Positions 7,278 to 16,119 of a DNA stretch of 26,287 nucleotides are shown here, one piece after another (position 1 is the stretch's first letter; every line of letters starts with the position of its first letter). The stretch is from an uncultured Ardenticatenaceae bacterium (GTDB lineage Bacteria; Chloroflexota; Anaerolineae; Promineifilales; Promineifilaceae): the NCBI GenBank assembly GCA_964507675.1, contig CAZDSN010000002.1, positions 1 to 26,287 on the forward strand, given 5' to 3'. A program made the translations under genes and the position numbers. Below the pieces are notes generated by a model. It made no database searches, was not told the DNA's origin, and was given only the letters and a program-made list of their open reading frames with translations.

Positions 7278-8296
7278 TATGTGATATCCCGTCCAACTGC
7301 CTGGGCCACAGCTCGCATTTCTCGCACCAGTGTAGCAAAATATTCCGGTTTCAGCGACTGCCGCCCATCGGATAGCGCTTCTTCGGGGCGGGGATGGACT
7401 TCGATAATCACCCCATCGGCGCCAGCAGCCACGCTGGCTTTGGCCGCCGCTCCCACATATTCCCATTTGCCTGTAGCGTGGCTGGGGTCGGCGATGACGG
7501 GCAGGTGGGACAGGTGCTTCACAACGGGGATGGCATTGATGTCAAATGTGTTGCGCGTATACTTCTCAAAAGTACGGATGCCGCGCTCGCACAACATAAC
7601 GCGGGTGTTGCCGTGGCTGAGGATGTATTCGGCGCACATGAGCCACTCTTCCATCAGGCTGCTCATGCCTCGCTTGAGCAGCACCGGGTGCTGCGACTCG
7701 CCGACGGCGTGCAGCAGGGCGTAATTCTGCATATTGCGCGCCCCGATCTGGAGTACGTCTGCATATTCACACACCAGGGGGACGAGCGAGGGTTCCAAGA
7801 CTTCAGTGATAATGGGCAGTCCGGTGATGTCGCGAGCTTCGGCCAGGTAGCGCAGACCTGCTTCGCCCATGCCCTGGAAGGCGTAGGGAGAACTGCGCGG
7901 CTTGAAGGCGCCGCCGCGCAGCACGTGCGCCCCGGCCTCTTTACATGCAATAGCGGTTTCAATGATCTGGCTGCGGCTTTCCACCGAACAGGGACCGGCC
8001 ATGATGATCAGATTTTTGTCGCCAACGGTGTGGTCGCCAATGGGAAAGACGGTGTTGTCGGCTTTGAATTCGCGGCTGGCCAGTTTGAAGGGTTGGGTGA
8101 CGGGGACGACGCGCTCCACGCCTGGAATCTGTTCCAGGGATTCGCGATCAATTTTGCAGCCGTCCTCGACGATACCCAGCACCGTGCGCTCTTTGCCTTC
8201 AGAGATGTGGACTTTGCAGCCCTGATCTTCCACGCGGGCAATAACGGCGGAGATGTCGCGCATGCCGGCATCTGATTTCATAATCACAAGCATCAT
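7277..8296 (-). CDS. aroF: 3-deoxy-7-phosphoheptulonate (DAHP) synthase, type I-beta with N-terminal regulatory domain
   Basis: Start at ATG 8296 or 8293 after GGAGGT. Motifs [46 protein letters not shown]. Confidence 0.96.
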   Translation of the reverse strand: MMLVIMKSDAGMRDISAVIARVEDQGCKVHISEGKERTVLGIVEDGCKIDRESLEQIPGVERVVPVTQPFKLASREFKADNTVFPIGDHTVGDKNLIIMAGPCSVESRSQIIETAIACKEAGAHVLRGGAFKPRSSPYAFQGMGEAGLRYLAEARDITGLPIITEVLEPSLVPLVCEYADVLQIGARNMQNYALLHAVGESQHPVLLKRGMSSLMEEWLMCAEYILSHGNTRVMLCERGIRTFEKYTRNTFDINAIPVVKHLSHLPVIADPSHATGKWEYVGAAAKASVAAGADGVIIEVHPRPEEALSDGRQSLKPEYFATLVREMRAVAQAVGRDIT

Positions 8297-8787
8297 GGAA
8301 CCACCTCCATGGCGCCCAGGTCCCCCTTGATAGCGGCTTCCAACTCGGCTGGGGGGATGGGGGGCAGGGTCTGGCGATCTGGACGCAAAGATTGTGCTTC
8401 GTGTAGATAAACGTGTACGATGTCGGTTTGCGACCGCTGCGTATTCCAATGAATCAGCACACGGATGCAGCCAGGCAGACCATCGGGCACATCCATTTCG
8501 TGCCCGCATATCAAGGCTACATCATACCACCCCAACTGCCGCGCTGCCAGAGCCGGGTAGGTGGCGTTCAGGTCTCTGGTCGTAGTGAAATAGACGCTGG
8601 CCACGTCTTCTGAGCGAATGTTGTTGGCGCGGATCATGACATACAGCAGTTCCCGCGTTGCCGCCAGGATTGCTTCCTTGCTGTTTTCCGCGGCCACCGT
8701 GGCCCCGCGCACACCACGGCACATTAGCGGATACGAAATCATATTTTCCGGGAAAGGGTAGGCTCCATTTGCCTGTTGCTCACGCAT
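8293..8787 (-). CDS. aroH: Chorismate mutase, AroH class, with terminal extensions
   Basis: [49 protein letters not shown]. Strong AGGAGG before ATG 8787; the core starts at 8724. Confidence 0.93.
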   Translation of the reverse strand: MREQQANGAYPFPENMISYPLMCRGVRGATVAAENSKEAILAATRELLYVMIRANNIRSEDVASVYFTTTRDLNATYPALAARQLGWYDVALICGHEMDVPDGLPGCIRVLIHWNTQRSQTDIVHVYLHEAQSLRPDRQTLPPIPPAELEAAIKGDLGAMEVVP

Positions 8788-8878
8788 ATTTCCTCCTGGA
8801 AAACAGGACGAGGATCAACGCGGATGGATGTGAACTGAACATAAATCTGTGATTACTACCATTCATAACATAACCTAT

Positions 8879-10117
8879 TTACATAATGAAATAGAACTGA
8901 GACCAGGCCATCATCAGGAATAGTTGCAGGGTGAAGAAAACAGTGGCTGTGAGATATTGCAGGGAACGACGCCTTGCCAACCAGATTGCCATGAAGATAA
9001 AGCACGGGAACAGGATCAGGCAATAGCGACCAGCAGAGATGAGCGTCCCGCTAAGCAAAAACACCCCCAGGCTCATGAGTGCATAGATTCCCAGGGCAGA
9101 TACAGACAAGCGAAACATAGCGGTAACTGCCAGTAGCAAAAAGGTGATCGTAATGATGCGCTCAATATGCGTAAACGGTGGAAAAACCGGAGTGGGATGC
9201 AGAATTGTCTGCCACGGCGGCGTGAGTTCCTTGAACCAGGCGGCTTGAACCTTATAGGGAGCGAACAGATCATGACTCAAATGGGCCAGACTGGCAAGAT
9301 GCACGAACTGCGCCAATGGAATGAGAAGCAGCCAGGCTGCTGACTGTGATAAAGGCCCAAGACGCCAACGATGTTGTTGACCTGCCATGATACCCAGTGG
9401 AATCAGTAGCAGAATGCCTGTCGGGCGCGAAATCGCTGCCAATCCACCGCAAATGCCGGCAATCCTCCAATCCGCTTTCACTGCTCCCAGAAAAGCTGCC
9501 ACCGATAGACAGAGGAATAAGGATTCAGAATAAAAAGCAGACAAAAAGAAACTGGTTGGGAACAGCAGTAATAGGAGAACGGAGAGCCTTGCAGTTTCCT
9601 CACCATCTCCTAGCCGGTACACTAGACGGCGCAGGAAAGTGAGAGCCATGAGCAGGCATACATTGGAAAACAAAATGCCGATGACCAGAATAACATCCTG
9701 TGTGCGCCAGGATGCCGGCAGTAGCGCCGCCAGACCACGTACTACCAAAGGGAAAAGTGGCCAGAAAGCGATATTGCTTTGCGTGTTGAGTAGCTCCTCG
9801 TTTAGCCTGTACCCGCCCTGGACAATGCTCATATACCAACCGCTGTCCCAGCGGCCCCAAATATCTAACCAGCGATGTGTAGAGAATATCCAGCCTTGTG
9901 CGAGAATGCCGGCATCTGGGAAATCCGGATTGCGAGGAAACAGTTGCGCCAATTCGCCCGCAAGCAATAATGCCAGTCGTGTTAGCGTAAAAGGTAATAA
10001 TACTTCTTGAAGCCATATCTTCTTATGAAGCGTTGGAATGAGATTATGCGCAGCCATGCAAGTATCAACATGAAGTGGCAGAGCCAATAACGGTGACTTT
10101 AGGTGTTTTGACCTCAA
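8879..10117 (-). CDS. Polytopic GT-C glycosyltransferase, PIG-V / mannosyltransferase-like
   Basis: RWDSGWY, AFWPLFP and YSESLFL motifs with many hydrophobic segments. Start uncertain (TTG 10117 or ATG 10057). Confidence 0.8.
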   Translation of the reverse strand: MRSKHLKSPLLALPLHVDTCMAAHNLIPTLHKKIWLQEVLLPFTLTRLALLLAGELAQLFPRNPDFPDAGILAQGWIFSTHRWLDIWGRWDSGWYMSIVQGGYRLNEELLNTQSNIAFWPLFPLVVRGLAALLPASWRTQDVILVIGILFSNVCLLMALTFLRRLVYRLGDGEETARLSVLLLLLFPTSFFLSAFYSESLFLCLSVAAFLGAVKADWRIAGICGGLAAISRPTGILLLIPLGIMAGQQHRWRLGPLSQSAAWLLLIPLAQFVHLASLAHLSHDLFAPYKVQAAWFKELTPPWQTILHPTPVFPPFTHIERIITITFLLLAVTAMFRLSVSALGIYALMSLGVFLLSGTLISAGRYCLILFPCFIFMAIWLARRRSLQYLTATVFFTLQLFLMMAWSQFYFIM

Positions 10118-11118
10118 CTACCTCCATGTTCGATCCATTCTAACATTTTCAGTAGAAATTCCGTATCTACCTGTGGTATTCGCTCCAGGCGGTGCGGTGG
10201 GCCGCTCATCTGGTAGAGGGTGGCTAACTCATCCGCATCCTCGCGCCGGCTGCGCCCGTCCATCACCAGCACCAGCGGACGCGGTGACAGTCGTTGCGCG
10301 TAACGGCTGACGAAAAATGTATGGGGGTTTTCATTTTTGAAAATGTGGCTGGGGCGGAAGGCCATCTGCGCCCGGCCAATAGCCACGACGCCGCGGACTT
10401 CGGGTGTCCCCGCCGCCCAAACGATTCCCAGGCCAGCAGCAATCGGTTGGCTGATGATCACAGGGGGTCCGGGTAGGGTGGGCAAGAACAGGCGAAAGTC
10501 TGCCCATAATTCGGGGGGCGCCAGGCGATTGACCGTGCTGGCGTGCAGCAGATAGCGCAGGGGGTCCAGAGCGTAGACGTGGTAGCCAGCCTGCGACAGC
10601 CCCAGGCACAATGATTCATCCTGGGCGTTGAAATTGCCGTAGGTGGCCAGATATACAATTGTGTGGCCAGTAGGCCGGCCCACGGCGGGGTAGACATAAT
10701 GTTCTACGGGTACGGCGGCGCGCAGCGGCAGCATGTGGACGCGCCCGTATTCGATGACCGGGGAGCCATAGAAGCCAATGTTGATGGTTCCAAACCGCTC
10801 GGCGGCCCAGGCACGAATGGCTTGCAAATCCAGCTCGTAGTTGGCGTCTTTGAAGTCACTCTCCCCCGTGCCACGCAAATCAAAGACCAGGTGGGCAATG
10901 GCGCTGCCTGACCCGGCTGCCGCCACTTCCTGGCGAGCGCAGCCGATCAAGCTGACTTTCGTTAATGGCGCTTTGGGAACCCAAACGCGGATTGCTTGCA
11001 GCGCCTGATCGGTCAGCCCAGGCGGCTTGACCAGGATACAATCCAGATACAGTTGGTCGTCTGTCAAAATGCCAAAGGCTTCTTCAATGTAAGCGGGCTG
11101 CTCTGCTGGCGGCTGCAT
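10114..11118 (-). CDS. Hypothetical protein with degenerate alpha/beta-hydrolase-like segments
   Basis: 334-aa ORF with AGGA upstream. HLVFDLRGTGESD and GYHVYALDPLRY, but no GxSxG elbow. Confidence 0.7.
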   Translation of the reverse strand: MQPPAEQPAYIEEAFGILTDDQLYLDCILVKPPGLTDQALQAIRVWVPKAPLTKVSLIGCARQEVAAAGSGSAIAHLVFDLRGTGESDFKDANYELDLQAIRAWAAERFGTINIGFYGSPVIEYGRVHMLPLRAAVPVEHYVYPAVGRPTGHTIVYLATYGNFNAQDESLCLGLSQAGYHVYALDPLRYLLHASTVNRLAPPELWADFRLFLPTLPGPPVIISQPIAAGLGIVWAAGTPEVRGVVAIGRAQMAFRPSHIFKNENPHTFFVSRYAQRLSPRPLVLVMDGRSRREDADELATLYQMSGPPHRLERIPQVDTEFLLKMLEWIEHGGS

Positions 11119-11153
11119 ATCCGGGTTCCTAAACCTTCTGAGTTCTGCCGTTC

Positions 11154-12740
11154 CTAAGGCGTCACGGTGGGCGTTGGCGTCGGTGTGGGATGATACGCAT
11201 AGTCAGGAATCAGGGCAACGGTACGTTTGTATGCCTCTTGCACCGTCTGTGCGCTGGTAAAGTATCCGCTGAGCATTTCTTGCAGCAGAATAGGCATGAC
11301 CTGTTCTGCCGCCATATGCGCAATGAGCGCCCCCTGGCCCTGGCGAAAACCCCAACGATCGGCCAGGGCAAGGCCCTGCCGCAGATTCTCCACCAGATCA
11401 GCCGCATAGAAGTCGCGCAGCGGTCTGCCGCTGCCGGCAACAGGCAGCGTTAGCCAGGCGTCGCTGAACTGCGTGGGGTTGGCTGCCGTTCCCAGGCGCA
11501 AGGGCACCTTGCGTTCCGGCTCCAGGCTGAGCCAGGATAAATAAGCCTCCTCGAACCAGTAAGCGGCAAAGGCCTGGGCGGCGGCGGTGTGGGCGCTGGT
11601 GGTTATACCCAGCGCCGTGATCTGGCTGTAGCTGCTGTCCACAGCCTGGGGGCCGGCGCCGCGCAGGCTGGTGACAAAGCCGCTGTGGCCCGCCAGGTAA
11701 TCGCCGGTGGTACATTCAGCGCAGGTAGGCTTGACGACTGGGTCCAGCCCGGCCAGAACAGGCAGTAAACTGGGAGAGCTGATGATGAAGCCGGTGCGTC
11801 CTTCCAGGTAGGCGTTGCGGGCGCTGGTATCCGTCTGCACATCGCTGGGACTGAAGCGATTGATCAGGTGGCGGTAAAAATCAAACGCCTGTTCGCAGGC
11901 GGGTTGGGTAATGATGATTTCTCCCTTATCGTCAATGAGTTGGCAGCCGTTGGCCACAGCGAACTGCTCGAAAACTTGCTGTGTGCTGAGTAGATCGGAT
12001 TCTGTGGGGACGACCAGCCCGGAGATGAGAGCCTCAGGATTATAGATGGCCTGGGCGCCGGAAATAATGCTGGTATAGGCGACGGGCAGCGGCAGTTGGC
12101 GCTCTTCATACCAATCGGCGCGGTAGACGAGCAGTTGTTTCCAGCCGTCACTGGGGAGGGCGACGACCCTGCCGGCATTTTGCGGATCCTGCAACAGCGA
12201 TAAAGCTTCCTGGTCAAACGTTTCCGGGCCAAGCTGGTCCAATACGCCCTGGGCAGCCGCGCCATCCAAAATCCCATCCTCATACCAGCCCATGGTGTAA
12301 TCAATGGGGTGTAAAATCAGGTCTGGTACGGTGCCAGATAGGATGGCGGTGTTCAGGAACTGCGGCAGCAGCTTAGGGACAACGTGCACAACTTCGACAT
12401 GGATGGGGTGGGTCTGGCTGAAGTTGCCGGCAATTTCAGCCATCAAAGCGGCATGAGCGGCAGAATTTTCATTGATCCACACCGTAATAGTAGGATTGGT
12501 CGTTGCTGCCGCCACTATTTCTGGTGTAGGCGTTGCTGCGGGAGCCGGCGTGACCGGCAAGACCGGTGGGGTTAAGGCGGCTGCGGCTGTGGCGGCAGCG
12601 ACTGTTTCGGTAGCTGCGCGTGGCGGCGTCAGGAACTTTTCAGGTTGGCAGGCAGCCAGCATCAACAGCAGCAACCCAAAGCCCAATCCGCTGCCGGCGA
12701 CGCGCAGGTGTCGTAAAAGAGAAGGAAAAGAAGATATCAT
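11154..12740 (-). CDS. Extracellular solute-binding lipoprotein (carbohydrate ABC-type SBP-like)
   Basis: Lipobox LAAC (Cys31), Pro/Thr/Ala linker, and ITVW, PDLI and LVYRADWY-type SBP motifs. C-terminal PTPTPTPT tail. Confidence 0.85.
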   Translation of the reverse strand: MISSFPSLLRHLRVAGSGLGFGLLLLMLAACQPEKFLTPPRAATETVAAATAAAALTPPVLPVTPAPAATPTPEIVAAATTNPTITVWINENSAAHAALMAEIAGNFSQTHPIHVEVVHVVPKLLPQFLNTAILSGTVPDLILHPIDYTMGWYEDGILDGAAAQGVLDQLGPETFDQEALSLLQDPQNAGRVVALPSDGWKQLLVYRADWYEERQLPLPVAYTSIISGAQAIYNPEALISGLVVPTESDLLSTQQVFEQFAVANGCQLIDDKGEIIITQPACEQAFDFYRHLINRFSPSDVQTDTSARNAYLEGRTGFIISSPSLLPVLAGLDPVVKPTCAECTTGDYLAGHSGFVTSLRGAGPQAVDSSYSQITALGITTSAHTAAAQAFAAYWFEEAYLSWLSLEPERKVPLRLGTAANPTQFSDAWLTLPVAGSGRPLRDFYAADLVENLRQGLALADRWGFRQGQGALIAHMAAEQVMPILLQEMLSGYFTSAQTVQEAYKRTVALIPDYAYHPTPTPTPTVTP

Positions 12741-12763
12741 ATTAACCTTTAGAAAGACTCAGA

Positions 12764-13279
12764 CTATTTTGTGGCGGCCAGCGGCGCGTTCAACCATTGG
12801 TACATGACGTATGCGTCCACGTATCCCAACTGCTGGTGGTGAAAGGCGCGGGGCAGCGTGCCCACAATGTGGAACCCCAGTTTTTGCCACAGGGCCACGG
12901 CGGCCTGGTTGGTGCTGACAACCAGGTTGAACTGCATAGCCAGAAAACCTGCCGCGCGCGCCGCTTGCAGCGAATGTTCCCCTATAGCCCGCCCAATGCC
13001 CTGTCCCTGGACTGCCGGGTGCACCATGTAAGAGGCATTGGCCACATGCCCGCCCAGGCCCGTCTGGTTGGGGCGCAGGATATACGTCCCTACAACCTGG
13101 TCATTCTGGACAGCGACGAAGGTTTTGACTTGCGGCGACAGCCAGTAAGCCAGGGCGTCGGCGCGGCTGGTGTCGGGCGCAAAGGCGTAGGTGTCGCCCG
13201 TTTGTACCACATGGTGAAAAATATCCCAGATACCATCAGAATCACTGGTTGTGGCCGGGCGAATAATCAGTACAGACAT
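12764..13279 (-). CDS. GNAT-family N-acetyltransferase
   Basis: YMVHPAVQGQGIG acetyl-CoA motif; VVSTNQAAVALWQKLGF. Confidence 0.92.
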   Translation of the reverse strand: MSVLIIRPATTSDSDGIWDIFHHVVQTGDTYAFAPDTSRADALAYWLSPQVKTFVAVQNDQVVGTYILRPNQTGLGGHVANASYMVHPAVQGQGIGRAIGEHSLQAARAAGFLAMQFNLVVSTNQAAVALWQKLGFHIVGTLPRAFHHQQLGYVDAYVMYQWLNAPLAATK

Positions 13280-13336
13280 TGTTTTGTCTCGTTTGGGCTG
13301 CCAATGAGCCTGGGCTGCGTGGGTAATAGGTTTACG

Positions 13337-16045
13337 TCAGGCGAAAGGATCATCTGGGGCGTCAGTTTGAAACAGCAAATGCTTGAGCGGGCGATACGGC
13401 TGTTTTTCACGGCGGTAACTGGCCCCGATGCCGCCGTGTGAGGTGTCGTTGTGCTCGCTGGTGATGCGATAGGGATCGCTGGTGGAGAAGCACTCGCATT
13501 TACTGCACGTGTAGATGGGGAGGTTGTGCAGGAAGAAAACCCACTTTTGCGCCAGGTCTATTTCTGCCAGTTCGGCTGCCGGGCCCGGTCGCAGCCGGAT
13601 GATAAAACGAACACGGCTGGCCGGCGTGGCCAGACTGTCCAGGGGGCGGCCATAGGCGTCTATGATTTTTTCTACCTGCCCCCAACCCACGTCACATTGC
13701 ACCCAGGTGCCCGGGACAATGAAGGGGGGAGGTGCTTTTTTGCCGGATTCTGGCCGGGCAGCAGAGGCCGCGGATATTAATTCTTCCAGGCCGGCAAAGG
13801 GTTGGCCGTGCTGCTCAAAAGGCAGAGGAGCGATCTCTTGCCACAGGTCGGCGGCGTTTGCCGGCAGTTGTAAGGTAGACACTGCGTCTTGCTGCATAGC
13901 TGCAGCCAGGAACGCTTGCAGGCGGTGGGCGATGCTGGTTTGGACTCCCGCAGGTGCATCCCACCAATGATGGAAGTAGGACTCAAGCTGAAACTGGGGC
14001 ACGTAGCGGGCCAGCGCCAGGGCGTCGGCAGCTTCCCAGTGGGTGGGGTCGGCTGCCAACGCTGCCTGCATTTGTGTCACCGCCCGCAGCAGTTCTCCCG
14101 AACGCGCTTCCACTAAAAACTGGGACGCGGGCTTACTGCTGATGGCGGATAGATGCAAATGCTGCCGCGTGCGGGTGACGCCCACGTAAAAGAGCCGCCG
14201 TTCTTCCTCCAGGTTGTTATCACGTTCGTTCATGAAGGGTATGATGCCCTGGTTGCAGTCAGGCAGAAAAACGATGGGCCATTCCAACCCTTTGGCGCGA
14301 TGGATGGTGGTAAGGGTGACCGGGTGGGGGTTATGGGCGCCGTCCTGGCCCACTTTGCGCTGGCGCAGGTCATTGAGCATCTTCATGAAATCGAGGAGTG
14401 AGCCGTAAGTGCCGGCAAAATCAATAAATGCCGCCACTGCTGCCGCCCGCCCCGCGCCTGTCTGCGCAAACCCACTGGTATCGCGCCAGAACTGCTCGTA
14501 ACTAAGCAGCTTCTCCAGCCCGCGCAGCGCCGTCATCGCGGGTTGGTTCAACTGTTGGCTCAGCCAATGTAAATCCTGCCCCAGGTTTTCCAGATAGGCC
14601 GCAATATGCTCGTAAGCGGGCCTTTGCGCCTGTTCCTGCAGCAGTTGATGCAGTGGACGCTGCTGGCGGGCAAAAAGCTGCCGCACCTGGTCGCGTAGTT
14701 GGTTAGAGATATATCGCCTGGGGCGGTTGCAGATGGTGTTCCAGGCGTCTTGAAAGCTGTTTACCTGGGTGGGGGTCAGGGGCTGGCCTTGCCCCAGACG
14801 CGCTTCCAGCCAGGCCAGCCGGACATAGTCAATCAGGGTTTTCACTTCCAGGCGATCATAGAAAGGCTGGGGGACGCGATAGTTAATGTCCGCTCCAATT
14901 AAAGCCTGTTCGATAGGCGGCGTTTGCGCATTCAAACGCACTAGGATAGCCATGTCGCTGCCCTGGTAACCTTGTTGTTGATACGCCTGTATTTGGTGGA
15001 TGATTGCTTCGGCCATTTCTTGGGCGTCCCTGTTAAACTTCAGCTCCGTTATGCCATTAAAACCCCTGGTAAGTTGTAACTGTTTGACTTGCCGCTGTAT
15101 ATTGTGACGAATGACTGCATTGGCCAGCACCAACGGCCCGGCAGGGCAGCGAAAATTGTCACTGATGGTGTACGTTTGCGCCCGGTAGCGGTGGGTAAAT
15201 TTGAGAATATAGTTGGGACTTGCCCCCCGCCACTCATAGATGGTTTGGTCATCGTCGCCAATGGCCATATAATGCCGGCCTGGTTCGCTGAGGATGTCCA
15301 GTAGTTCTGATTGAGCCAGGTTAATGTCCTGGAATTCATCTACCAACGCACAATGAAATAATGCCTGGATTTCCGCTCGCACCGCGGCCTGGGTGATCAA
15401 TATCTCCCAACCGGTCATCAACATATCGTCGAAAGTAACGATGCCGTGCTGGCGGCGCACCGTCTCGAACAGCCGGTAGAAGTCAGGATACCAGTTCAGC
15501 GGGCCTTCAATGGGAGTTACCTGTGTGGCGACGCGGCGCGCTGCTGCCGGCAGCTCTCTGTTGTCCAAATCAGGGTAAATCAGGTTGCCTTTGCAGGCAG
15601 ACACATAGTCGAGGAAATCCCGCTCGTCCAGGCTTCCGAGTTCTTGTCTGTAAGGTACGTTTTCCTGGCGGGCGGCATCACGGGTCAGGCGCAAGATAGT
15701 ATAACTGGCAGCATTGGTGTCATTGAGTTTTAGATTTTGACCATAGCCATGCTGTTGGGCGCGCAAAATAATGTGGCGACCCAGGGCATGCAGCGTGCTG
15801 GCATGGACAGCGGCGCAGTGGGGCCAGGTGTTGAGGCTCTGGCGCAAGTCGCGGGCATTGCTGCGACCAAAAGACGTAGCCAGAATGCGTTCGGGGGCAA
15901 AGACGCCGGCGCGCACCAGGCGTTCAATGCGGTGCACCATAGCCGTTGTCTTACCGGCGCCGGCCACCGCAAAAACGAGCGCGGGACCTTCATTATGGGC
16001 AACGACGGCTTGCTGCTGCTCGGTAAGCTGGACACGGGCGCTCAT
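13337..16045 (-). CDS. UvrD/PcrA/Rep-family SF1 helicase with a long atypical C-terminal extension
   Basis: AVAGAGKTT, VDEFQD, GDDDQTIYEWRGA, NFRC, TIHRAKGLEW and EEERRLFYVGVTR. Confidence 0.95.
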   Translation of the reverse strand: MSARVQLTEQQQAVVAHNEGPALVFAVAGAGKTTAMVHRIERLVRAGVFAPERILATSFGRSNARDLRQSLNTWPHCAAVHASTLHALGRHIILRAQQHGYGQNLKLNDTNAASYTILRLTRDAARQENVPYRQELGSLDERDFLDYVSACKGNLIYPDLDNRELPAAARRVATQVTPIEGPLNWYPDFYRLFETVRRQHGIVTFDDMLMTGWEILITQAAVRAEIQALFHCALVDEFQDINLAQSELLDILSEPGRHYMAIGDDDQTIYEWRGASPNYILKFTHRYRAQTYTISDNFRCPAGPLVLANAVIRHNIQRQVKQLQLTRGFNGITELKFNRDAQEMAEAIIHQIQAYQQQGYQGSDMAILVRLNAQTPPIEQALIGADINYRVPQPFYDRLEVKTLIDYVRLAWLEARLGQGQPLTPTQVNSFQDAWNTICNRPRRYISNQLRDQVRQLFARQQRPLHQLLQEQAQRPAYEHIAAYLENLGQDLHWLSQQLNQPAMTALRGLEKLLSYEQFWRDTSGFAQTGAGRAAAVAAFIDFAGTYGSLLDFMKMLNDLRQRKVGQDGAHNPHPVTLTTIHRAKGLEWPIVFLPDCNQGIIPFMNERDNNLEEERRLFYVGVTRTRQHLHLSAISSKPASQFLVEARSGELLRAVTQMQAALAADPTHWEAADALALARYVPQFQLESYFHHWWDAPAGVQTSIAHRLQAFLAAAMQQDAVSTLQLPANAADLWQEIAPLPFEQHGQPFAGLEELISAASAARPESGKKAPPPFIVPGTWVQCDVGWGQVEKIIDAYGRPLDSLATPASRVRFIIRLRPGPAAELAEIDLAQKWVFFLHNLPIYTCSKCECFSTSDPYRITSEHNDTSHGGIGASYRREKQPYRPLKHLLFQTDAPDDPFA

Positions 16046-16052
16046 GGCAGGA

Positions 16053-16058
16053 ATTATA
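16053..16058 (-). promoter_or_regulatory. -10 element (TATAAT) 7 nt before the helicase ATG; possible leaderless mRNA
   Basis: Minus strand TATAAT-TCCTGCC-ATG with no SD. Confidence 0.5.
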
Positions 16059-16119
16059 GAACGGTTGGTAGAAAGTAACTACTGCGTGAAGGGAGAAACC
16101 AGAGGGGGGACCAGGGCCG

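Noticed and set aside
7394-8275. 293-aa + strand ORF
   Set aside because: Antisense shadow of aroF with no recognisable motifs; typical of GC-rich coding DNA.
11125-11157. GTTCCTAA direct repeat
   Set aside because: Only two 8-nt copies, one overlapping a stop codon; plausible by chance.
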